From positions 21,328,001 through 21,392,000 of the forward strand of contig NC_042999.1 in assembly GCF_006345805.1 (NCBI RefSeq): a stretch of DNA of 64,000 bases, given 5' to 3'. The stretch's first letter is position 1. Every line of letters starts with the position of its first letter. The translations under genes and the position numbers were made by a program. Source of the DNA: Octopus sinensis (taxonomy: Eukaryota). This document shows, piece by piece, positions 52,884 to 64,000 of this stretch. The notes beneath the pieces were generated by a model. It saw only the letters and a program-made list of their open reading frames with translations, was not told the origin of the DNA and did not search any database.

Positions 52884-53029
52884 ATATACGTATATGTATA
52901 TATGTTGTTACGATAATGTTTTACTTTGAAAAATTATTCTCCTCACTCACACCCTTCTTCTTTCGATGTTGCAAGGTGGCTTTTAACGGGTGGAGAGCTG
53001 AACCATCATGGGGTACAGAGTTACACCAT

Positions 53030-53229
53030 GGTACCTCTGCTTTGTGGCAGAAGTAGGAAGAAAGAGTGAGAGAAAGTTGTGGTGAAAGAGTACAGCGAGG
53101 TTCACCACTCCTCCCCGCCGGAGCTTCGTGGTGCTTAGGTGTTTTTGCTCAATAAACACTCTGGGAATCGAAACCGCGTTCTTACGACCGCGAGTCCGCT
53201 GCCCTAACCACTGGGCCATTGCGCCTCCA
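53030..53229 (-). mobile_element. SINE family B, 5' half
   Basis: Matches the B head and core. Confidence 0.85.
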
Positions 53230-54134
53230 CGTATTGTAGCTGCTGTCGACGATAGCGTTTTGACTAAAGGTTGCTCTGCGCAAGTTTTCAGGCTGTGGGC
53301 ATCCCATTTAATGTTCAGGAAGTATCTCCATGACTACGTAATTTGTTGTGTTGCTTCGTTGTAATGATATAAACGAATGTGAACTATGTTGCTCTTACTT
53401 AATCACGGTTCAACTACGACGAAATAGACCTTTCATAAACGCTTCCATCGATACCATCACATCTTACTCTCTCAATCGATCACATAGCGTATATCCCTTT
53501 ACCTGGAAAGAAAGAGACTCTTAGATCGGCTTGTCATTTACTATAACAATGTCTACTTCTTTCTTACAACGGAACAACAGATATTTCATACTGGTAATGA
53601 TGGGGAGAATTTTTATGTGGTCATGTCCTGCTAGAAATAGCAACAAGATGTTCCTAAATAGCACCCTCTTGTAATGAAAATCAAGACATACATCAGATAA
53701 TGCAGTCTAGCATACTGAATATTCTAGTAAACGACATGGCTTGGACGATTTCGATTATTTGTCTGCTCAGTCAGGAATGAACTGTCTCTATACAACAACT
53801 TCAACGATAATATGATATGCGGTATAGAACAAAACGTAGATTTGCTTTTCAATACAGTCATAAATTAGTATTCAAGTAGCAATCATTTTATAAATCCAAT
53901 CCTCGAAGGACAAAATGGAAATGCACCACTGGTAAGTCTTTAACTATTAAAGTAGGTAACGTTTAATCGCCAGTTTTATGGCCACTACTATACGCATACT
54001 CACGTAACCACAGTAATAAATAGGAGTAGAGTGCAGTTGTTTATATTAATCCGATCATTTCACCTGCGCATATAGAGCTATGTAGTTAAGAGATTCGAAT
54101 TAAATCTTCGTAGCATAGTAATATTAGGTCATTT

Positions 54135-54575
54135 CGTATCTTTTCGGTTTGAACGGCAGTTTTTTTCTAGCGGTGTCATATGAATTGTCACCCATAATTA
54201 TGACCCTAGTATCGATCTATTGCATTTAAATCTGTTTTAGAGTTAGGGTTAGTTAGGGTTAGGATTAGGGTTAGGGTTAGGGGTGGGAGGAAGAGTATCT
54301 TTTTTTCTACACAAATGTAAATAAACCCAATCTGTTTCTTAAACGAGGGACATATTCATACGGCACAGAATGTGTTTTACCTCAATGGACGTCAGTGATT
54401 GGTTGAAATTGCAGAAATTGAAGAAAAAAACAACAACAAATATCTTACAAACCATAGAATTTTCTCAATAAAGCCAAGAGAAAAAGATCTTTTATAAACA
54501 CATTCTACGAAGTTTTAAATTTTTTAGTTACCTAGAATATATGTTAAAAACTGCCGTTCAAATCAAAAAGATCCG
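54135..54575. mobile_element. 441-bp MITE with ~30-bp TIRs and internal (TTAGGG)n
   Basis: cgtatcttttcggtttgaacggcagttttt versus the reverse complement of aaaaactgccgttcaaatcaaaaagatccg. Telomere-like array at 54242-54283. Confidence 0.85.
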
Positions 54576-55259
54576 TAATTTCTATTATAGCCACGGTTTG
54601 AACAAAATTTACAAGAGAAATTTTACGCACAGACGCCTTTGAAGACTATCGGTGGAAGACTTATTGTTTTGAGAATGCAGAATTAAAGCAACGTCGAGTA
54701 TAAATTTACAACAGAGTCCACCTTTAAATTATAAGCTGGATTCACTTTTGCAAGTATTCAAGTTAATCACAGAGATATTATAAAACATCATTACTGCTAA
54801 ATTTCCATTCAAAAATAAATATTAAGCGCATCATAGACTCAGGGCTGCAAAATGTTCAGTTAATATCAACGAGTTTTGAACTCGTATCAATAACACAATA
54901 TCTATCACGGAAACTCGTGCTCATAAACGTCATATATATATAGAGTGAATACATTCATTGGAGACTCAATGATTTATTATGCATCGAAGCACAATTCATA
55001 TAATTACCAAACCTAAAACAGCAGCAGGAACCGTTTGAGGCAGGGTGGAGTCTGATATGACATTCTATCTTCCAATCGGCCACTGATATTTTTCAAATAA
55101 AATGCAGAAAACTTTAATTGAATAGTACATTAAGGTTTCTTCTCACGCTCATATTGTTGTCAATAAATTTCTTAAATATCATTTGTATGCTAATATATGT
55201 TCATGTTTTACGCAACAACATGACAAGTAATTAAATGTCTGTATGAGCAGATTCAATTA

Positions 55260-55282
55260 TACACAATAATATATATATATTA

Positions 55283-55324
<42 letters not shown>

Positions 55325-55537
55325 TGTGTGTATATATATATATATATATTATATGTATATGTATATGTATATATATAGTATATATATATATGTATATGTA
55401 TGTATGTGTATATATATATATGTATATGTATATATATATGTATGTATATATATATATATTATAACATATATATAGCATATATATGTATGTATATATATAT
55501 ATATATTTGTATATATATATATATATTTGTATATATA

Positions 55538-55583
<46 letters not shown>

Positions 55584-55637
55584 TATGTATATTATGTATA
55601 TATATGTATATATATGTAATATATGTATACCTATATG

Positions 55638-55684
<47 letters not shown>

Positions 55685-55700
55685 ATGTATGTATGTGTGC
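55260..55700. repeat. ~440-bp imperfect (TA)n/(TATG)n block
   Basis: Direct reading. Confidence 0.95.
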
Positions 55701-56605
55701 ATAATGTACACATATGTAGCATTATGGAAGCATATATGTGTGTGTTACTTATATTACATATATTACTGTGCTGAAGTTGACAGGAGTGTGATATTATAGA
55801 AATTAAGAAATGTAGAAACACTAAAATGATTTGAGAATGAATGGAAATAATCGGTTTATATGTGCAGATTTAAAATTGCATTTCTGAATGATAATTACAC
55901 AGCGGAATAGTTTTTCTAATAAAGCAAAAATGACGTCAGTATCTTTTTATTATTATTTTTTTTTCTTTTTATCATTTGCAATGATTAAAAATGACATATT
56001 CTAAAAGCGAAGTCATAAAATAATGAAATCTAGACATGGCAGTTCGCAAAGACAGCATATAATATTAATATGTTTAACATGTAGGGAAAAAGAATACAAG
56101 GTACATTTGATGTAGGATGTATCGAATGGTGTAAGCAACAACAAAATATTAATTCTTTCTCAACTTAATTGTTATCTAGCTCGTCACTTCGAAAAAGAAA
56201 ATTTAATAAGAGATGAGAAAACATAATTCGTTAGGAAAATAAATATTATACTGACTGACGTTTAGTTAAGATAAGTGGGGGGAAACGTAGCCAACATATT
56301 TGAGATACAGACGGACAGAATAGACTAACAGTAGAATAAGAAAACAATAGAGAAAGGAAATGCTTTGATTAAACATTGGAAGGATTCACAGTTGTTCTGA
56401 ATATTATATCCAAACACTTAAATAATGTGAAATGCTGGATGATATTACTAATATCATATACGAGTTTACGATGTATTCCAATAGAGATTCGGCGTTTTCA
56501 AAGACTGTTTATTAACGGTACATCGTCTCCTTGGTTCCCTGTCGTGCGGGGATGTAGACAGGGCGAGCCTCTCTCTCACCATATATTATCCCATGCGTTG
56601 AAATG

Positions 56606-56822
56606 CATTCTTTTACTCTATTTGACTGTGGCCATACTGGAGCACTGTCTTTAGTCACGCAAATCGACCCCAGGACTTATTCTTTGTAAGCCTTGTACTT
56701 ATTCTATCAGTTCTCTTTTGCCGAACCGCTAGGTTACGGAAACGTAAACACACCAACATCGGTTGTCAAACGATGTTGGGGAACAAACACGGACACACAA
56801 ACATATACATACACATACATAG

Positions 56823-56889
<67 letters not shown>

Positions 56890-57006
56890 GTACCATATTC
56901 AAGTAAATTCATTTAAATTAACTTGAATCTTTATTGCTTTTTGTATATATATATATATATATATACATACATACTATATATATATACAATATATATATAT
57001 ATATAT

Positions 57007-57063
<57 letters not shown>

Positions 57064-57220
57064 TACGACGATCTTCTTTCAGTTTCCACCAACGAAATCC
57101 ACTCACAAGGCTTTGGTCGGCACGAGGATATATTGTAGAAACACTTGCCCAAGGTTCCACACAGTGGGACTGAACCTGGAACCATGTTGTTGGTAACCAA
57201 GCTACTTACCACACAGCCAC
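56606..57220 (-). mobile_element. SINE family A with expanded central (TA)n
   Basis: The A tail (56606-56800) and head (57065-57220) are separated by ~250 bp of (TA)n. Confidence 0.9.
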
Positions 57221-57840
57221 AATTTCTCGAACAAATTACAATTTTTTATATCTCTTGCACTACATAAACTCACATAGATATAAATCAACCATACAAAGGT
57301 GGGTGCCACAGCGTTGTTTATTACCTTGCTTGACAAACGCCCGTGTACTCTCCACTTGTTGCATGTGGGTACCATGTTTTCAGTTAATGAACCCAACTTT
57401 GTGGTTCACCATTCTATGTTCAAAACTGTATGAGGCAATTTTAGGAATGTGAGAAGACGCCCTTCACAAATCGCTGAAAATGGTGGTTCCCGGAAGAATC
57501 GAGTAACATATTCATTTCTCCAGTATGTCGAAGTTCTGTCACGGCACCACATAAAGAAAAACCTGTCTGGTATTGTTACACACTCCTCTGATAACTCGCT
57601 GCTCAAGTAGGACCCTTCCTCTGTTGCATTTACACCTTACGAAGACTGCTTCGTCAGTCTCAACAATCTTCCCAGGATTGCCAATCTTAAATGGATGACA
57701 AACAGGTCCTCCGCACACATTTCCCTACAGCTGTGCAATGGACTCATCTACATTTCTTCTACACAAAAGTAGACTGAAGCCAATTCTTTGACCTATAAGT
57801 AAAGGAAACGAAGTACTTTTGTCTAGCCCCTGAAGAAATT
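57221..57840 (-). pseudogene. Merlin (IS1595/ISXO2-like) DDE transposase relic
   Basis: KVLRFLYL*VKEL...CREMCAEDL..PFKIGNPGKIVETDEAVF..KCNRGR...ILPGTTIFSDL*RA...HRMVNHKVGF...THMQQVEST...YLCEFM*. These are the conserved ISXO2-type blocks in order. Confidence 0.88.
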
Positions 57841-58605
57841 TATCCGATTTGAAATTCAGGTAATAATTAACAGATGGACGAAAAGAATAATTACACCAAT
57901 GGGTAGAATTGCGGTAATAAAATCACTACTCGTCTCAAAATTGAACAACCTCTTCCTTACTCAACCAAATCCACAGGGTAAATGTCTTCAGGAACTAAAC
58001 AAAATATTATTTAAATTTCTATGGAGTAGAAAACCGCAAAAAAATTAAGAGAGTCGTTGTTGGTAACCCTGTTAAAGAAGATGGACTTTGTATGGTAGAA
58101 GCTTTTGCTTACGTCAACGCTTTAAAACTATCCTGGATGAGAAGGTTGATGGACATTCAATGTGAATCCAAATGGAAACTCTTATGCCATGCTTCCTCCA
58201 CAAAACTAAGAAATTTTGCTGTATTTGGTAACGTTTTCCCCAGCAAAGTATCTAACACTATCAAGAATAAATTTTGACATGACTGTATTTCTGCCTTTGA
58301 CAAGTTTACAAATAAGATCAAACCTAATTGATTTGATTAATTCATAACGGAACCAATTTAATTTAGTAAAAATTTAAGGGTCGGTAAAGAGGCAGTCTTC
58401 TTTCCTGCGTGGTTTGAGAGAGGTGTCAGCAAGATTCGTGACTTTATCAATTTAGATGGATCTTACCGTACCCTGGAAAAATTCTATAATTTATTTAAAC
58501 TAGATATACATTTTCTCCGGTATAATGGGCTTATCATTAAAAGCTACTAAAGTTTAAAATAAGGTAAACCTATTGCTTTCCAACATTTAGCGTTTAATAC
58601 AGCTA

Positions 58606-58633
58606 TGGGGGACAAACACAGACACACAAACAT

Positions 58634-58678
<45 letters not shown>

Positions 58679-58844
58679 TAAGACAGGCTTCTTTCAGTTT
58701 CCGTCTACCAAATCCACTCACAAGGCTTTGGTCGGGCCGAGGCTATAGTAAATGACACTTGCACAATGTGCCACGCAGTGGGACTGAACCTGGAACCATG
58801 TAGTTGGTAAACAAGCTACTTACCACACAGCCACTCTTGCGCCT
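58606..58844 (-). mobile_element. SINE family A, head half
   Basis: Matches the A head to core. Confidence 0.88.
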
Positions 58845-59159
58845 ATGGAATGAGAACAAAAATGTTACTGCATATAAAGACAACGACAGATACTAAGTTA
58901 GCAGTTAATTCTCTATTATTCAAGATTAAACTGGCCGAAAGCAACCTGTGCACTTTTTGTCAACGTGAGGTGGAGACGGTGTCACACCTTTTCCGGTATT
59001 GTGAATGTGTACAAGTCTTCTGACAATGCTTCTTAGATTTTCTGTATGAAAAGTGTATACTTGTTCGGAAAATGAAACTTGATCCACAGCTCATTCCATT
59101 CGGATTGAGAAAAAACACATGTACTGATGGCATCTTTGACTTGCTAATATTATTATTCT

Positions 59160-59356
59160 TTTATTCTTTTATGTTATCTCAGTCATTTGACTGCGGTCAT
59201 GCTGAAGCACCGCCTTTAGTCGAACAAATCGACCACAAGACATATACTTTGTAAGCCTAGTACTTATTCTATTGGTCTCTTTTGTCGAACCGCTAAGTTA
59301 CGGGGGACATAAACACACCAGCATCGGTTTTGAAGAGATGTTGGGGTCACACACAC

Positions 59357-59401
<45 letters not shown>

Positions 59402-59402
59402 C

Positions 59403-59433
<31 letters not shown>

Positions 59434-59601
59434 CAACGGGCTTCTTTCAGCTTCCATCTACAAAACCCACTCACAAGTCTTTGGTCGGCCCGAGGCTATA
59501 GTAGAAGACACTTGCCCAAGTTGCCACGCGGTGGTACTGAACTTGGAACCCTGTGGTTGGTAAGCAAGCTACTTTCCTCACATACAACCACTCCTGCGCC
59601 T
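59160..59601 (-). mobile_element. SINE family A
   Basis: Full A layout with (CA)n(TA)n core. Confidence 0.9.
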
Positions 59602-62600
59602 ATTATTAAGGAATATCATATTATAAATATTATATTACGAATTATTAAGAAATATTATATTACAAACTAAATCCTAATTACCTATGCTCATATCATTGTT
59701 TATATAGGTGTCACTGAACTCTTATAAAATACTAGACTGTAAAGATATTCGTCAAAGGAGGAAGTTTTCAATAATGCTATTAATTACACTAAATATAAGA
59801 AACTCAATGTTCAAGTAGAAGAAATGTCCAACAGTAATTGCAATACGAAGCAAGTGATATATCAATTTAAAGTTGGTGAAATGTAATACGTCACTTTGAA
59901 TATTAGAAGTGCAATATATCATCTGAAGTTATAAATTTGTAGCAAAATAATATATTGTTAAATGTATATATAAGTTATAAAGTATTGATGTATATTCAGA
60001 GACTTCTACCGTCGTGATATGAAAGCATCCATCGACGATTGACAATTACAAGTCGGATGGAGGATGAGTGTGTTATAGTAGAAAATTTTCCTCAAGGCCA
60101 TTACCGATGTACATGAAACAGCTGCTAGTAGAATGTGAATACCGTCCTTCGACGATATTAAGCTGATTTGATATATGGCAGGTTAATAATTCAGATGAGT
60201 AAAAGAGTAAATGAGTAATTCAGTTTGCTTTATGGGTGAACAGCATTAAATTATGTGATGAGAGATACGATGTTGAATGGTGACAGTCAAGAAACGCGTT
60301 ACTTTGATTCGGAGGCAAGTAAGGAAAAGAGATACCGTGATCTTTCTGTCGAAGATATTCAGAATGAGGAGAAAGGGAGGAAGTATCCTAAACACTAAGA
60401 ACTTATCCATCCGACAGCTTACTACAGAGTATACTCCAAGAGAGCTACACAAATGACAGGTGTCGGTGTGTTAACTGATGCAAAGCATGAGGACCAAAGA
60501 ACATGAATTCAAAACACAGAGGCTACATAAATTCCGGAAGCACCTGCCGACGCATTATCAATTCTGTTAATCAACCTCCCAGAATTGGTTCCTTATTTTA
60601 TAGATTCCGCAAAGACGAAAAGCAATGCTGACCTTTACAGAACTTCATCTTAGACAAGTGGTAGCCATAAGCTCTAAACATTCGGATAATTCGCCTGTGC
60701 ATGTTTTATACGTGTATACCATAACGCTTTATACATGCTAGGCCACTGGTGGTGAAATTTCTAAAAATATTCGCCATCCTATATATTTACGAATATGATT
60801 TTAGCATTTCGAAGATCGGTTCAGCATTCTTCATTTACTACCGACTGAAACTGCGCTTGCGCGGTGAATTTTGAAAAGTTATAACATATAATGATGAGAC
60901 GCGTGTTATTTGTTTCTAAATTATATGTTAATTGTTAAGGCATGGTTACTGATGAGTATTAACCTAGCAAATTATTTTATTTGCTGAAGAAATCTGAAAT
61001 CTAGGTATAACCGTAAAAAAATAATAAGGTAAAAGTTTTTATTTTTGATTCTCTTCGAAAATTGCTCTTAAATGTGGTTTTGGTCGTTTTGACTGCTTCT
61101 TCTAGCGTGTAAAATTTACCTGTTAAAGGTTTTTTGTTCTTGTGTTTAAATGTTCACTATTTTATATTGAGAATATATTGGCTATAGATAAAATATGTAA
61201 AAATATGACCAAATTATAACTTACTAAAGAAATATATCGGTTACGAAATTATGGCTTTTTACTCATCATTTAGTAAAGCAACTACTTATAATATTAAATA
61301 TTTTCAACAATTCAGTTGCCGTGTACAATAATTATGTTAAGAGACTAATTTTCTCGAATACACATGCTTATTACATTTTAAATTAATAATTACAACCATT
61401 GATAAATATAATTATTTTTCCCACTAATACTTCACTCTAATTCCATTCAACGAAATGCAATGAATTCATTTTTATATGTAATGTATTCAATTAACTGTAA
61501 CTTATTTGTGCGACTACGTAAGCGATCTCATTGTCAGAGATATAACAGTAAATTATCAATATTTTGTGCTCTACTAAAGAATGTATACTATATCACAAAA
61601 ATAAGAAGATCTATATTGAAAGTCCTCCTGTACTAAATAGCAAAGACAAATGTCTCTCATATGACATTCCACTGACAGGAAATAAGGAAATAACGAAGGG
61701 ATTCATTGGATTATACAGCCATATGCTTTATACCTGGAAATATTGAATTAGTATATTAAAGTTTGATGATAAGTGCAATGTAATTGATTTTATATCCGCT
61801 CACTAAGGACCTTCTTGAGCCTCAATGGATATCATGAACTAAAACTATACTTTGCTTAATTCATACAAATTTCACATGATACAATTTGCTTGCTACAAAC
61901 ATTGCAAAACTTCATGATGAAACTATGATTAATTTTATGATGAATTTTAATGAAACTGTGCGAATGCGTTTTGATTCTTGATAATTCGTAATGCATGCTT
62001 ACTTTAACATTTTGCTCTGTTATAAACAAACAAAATATGCGATTTAGAGAAGTAAGATTTGATAAGAAAAACATCGTTTTTGATGCTGAAGAATATGGCA
62101 AATTATAACTGTTTAATCTGTGGATGTGTTGAAAATATGATTAGAGTGTTGTACAATTTAGAAAGTAGGTTTAATGAAATAAGTAAATATAAATTTTACA
62201 ATTATTCAAATATGATTTCATTGAATAGCTTCATACAAATATAGATATATGTGTTACAATCTCCCCGTTTGCCGTTATTCTCTATTCAAAGTTGCAATGT
62301 CATCAGTAAAATTGTTTGAAATATTCATTTGATTAATGTTACGAATGTGGTTTTGAAATGAAAATATAGAGAAAAAATATAGACGCCTGTCTAATTACTG
62401 AATATTCCCTCGCTAACACATTCAATGACATCCGTACACATTCACAGATCTTTCTTTTTGTATTGCAATAGTAACAGCTTCGTGCTGCCATACACTTTTG
62501 CCTTCTTTTCTGTAAACAATTCCTAACACATTTAGATTAATAACCTTGTATTAAATCATTTCTCTCCAGACATACAATCCTATGAAAACTTCCCGCAACG

Positions 62601-64000
62601 TCTTGTTTTTATTGATAGATCAACTACACCTTATTTCCTGTCTACCATGGTTATCAAATAACTAGACATGATTCTGTTCTGAAGCTTCTCGAAGCACCCC
62701 CAAAAAGCAATAAATACTAGCTTGTGTAAATTTATAAACCCTTTTGACGTCAGCAATATGGAATTATCCGTGGTAAGAATAAAGTTACTAAAATGGTTAG
62801 AGAAATTCGAGCGATTTTTTTTGGTACAATGGTATATGACCTGTTATATGTACAGATGTGTGTTCGAGGCCCTGGTCAGCCTTCGAAATTTCCTATCGAA
62901 AATAGTTTTTTCTACCCAATATTTTCATGCTATTATTTATAGCCTTATGTGTGCTCGTCGAAAGTTTAGAAACTTTTTATGACGACATCAACTAAAGGCA
63001 TGTATTAACAGGACTAGTTGGTACACTGATATCGTTATTCAGAAGAATTTAAGTAATAGTTGACATCTAAGCGATTCGAACTCAGAGTCGGAGTAAAGTA
63101 GTTATTCTGACGCTTCAGCGACTCTGCCAAATATATTAAACGTCATAAAACATTAATAATTTTTGTACGTACCTGATGAGCGTGTCAAGCTTAAGAGATA
63201 GAATTTGCTGAAAAAAATTGTCTTGCTTAAATAAAAAAAAAAATTAACTAGATCTCTACAGGAAAAGATTTGAAGTCGCATCTATGAGTTGTTTAATTAC
63301 TTCTCAACACCCATGCCCACTGGACCACCAAAGCAGCAACGACCTTAGTGGGAAAATTAAGATATTAAATTTGACGAGTGTGTCGAGTAAGGAAGAGAGG
63401 AAGTGAGAAAGAAAGTGAGAGAATGAGAGGAATTGGCTGAATTCTTTTGAATTCCATTCTAAGATTGAACTGACATTCACCCCTGGCTGTTAAAGGCCCA
63501 ACCACACACAGACACAACACCCCACCAAACATATTTGTTTTACGTCTTCTACATATTTGAATTCCACCTTACACTAGATAACGTCTTAATGACCGAAGTT
63601 TAAATTTTGAATTTGTTTAAATTATAAAATTACACCTCAGCTAAAAAGCACCTTTTGGCTTTCGAATACAACCTTTGCTTTCTCTTTCTATAGTTTTGTT
63701 AAGTTAGAATTTCATTGTTTTGGTCAGGATTCTCCAATTTCTTTTTTCGGGTATCAAGTAACGGATGAAAGCATTAAAAAAAATTAAATTCATAGAAAAT
63801 CAAAAATATTATTTCTATGTTTCCCTTTCCTTAATACTAACAAGAGCATAGTATGAGAGACATTTGGCTGTTATTTCTAGCAAATTGAACAACGACACAG
63901 AGTTGCTTAATTGGCTCATTTGTTGATGTGCATAAGTAAACAAAAACTAAAAGACACACACACACACACAGACATATGAGTGTGTCTGTGTTTTTCCCCC

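Larger units (their letters stand above)
56330..59800 (+). mobile_element. Fragmented Tx1/L1-clade LINE ORF2 (pieces ~56330-56603, 57845-58600, 58845-59155, ~59602-59800)
   Basis: INGTSSPWFPVVRGCRQGEPLS; RWTKRIITPMGRIAVIKSLLVSKLNNLF...LFKFLW...LKLSWMRRL; NSLLFKIKLAESNLCTFCQREVETVSHLF (C-terminal zinc knuckle). Confidence 0.88.

Noticed and set aside
54242-54283. True telomere or chromosome-fusion scar
   Set aside because: The array is short, degenerate, single-orientation and enclosed by MITE TIRs.
59980-62400. Possible degraded DNA-transposon coding sequence (Cys-rich peptides such as CNVCSKQIVSCEIC)
   Set aside because: I could not recover an ordered series of motifs for any superfamily by eye. 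A translated profile search is needed.

Overview
AT-rich, microsatellite-dense eukaryotic DNA that looks intergenic or intronic. The SINE repertoire resembles what I recall from octopus genomes (inference, not searched). I found no host protein-coding exon, RNA gene or CRISPR array that I can support, and almost every ORF in the supplied track is a translation of simple repeats or SINEs. The window records nested transposition. The main element is a decayed Ty3/gypsy LTR retrotransposon of the CsRn1 lineage (35594-40117, minus strand), with a CHCC Gag knuckle, a tRNA-Trp PBS and an intact -1 frameshift cassette. A 370-bp TA-flanked MITE sits exactly in its RT YIDD motif. Other relics are RTE, Tx1/L1 and Penelope RT fragments, a Merlin (IS1595-like) transposase, an IR/DR Tc1 left end, pogo-like ends, two non-autonomous Helitrons and a MITE carrying TTAGGG repeats. 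There are at least four SINE families, one of which forms tandem multimers, plus four copies of a ~550-bp element associated with (TAA)n tracts and two hammerhead-like motifs with a variant core. I see no evidence of a wholly new biological system. The best leads are unusual mobile-element features. All alignments and translations were done by eye, so boundaries marked ~ are approximate.
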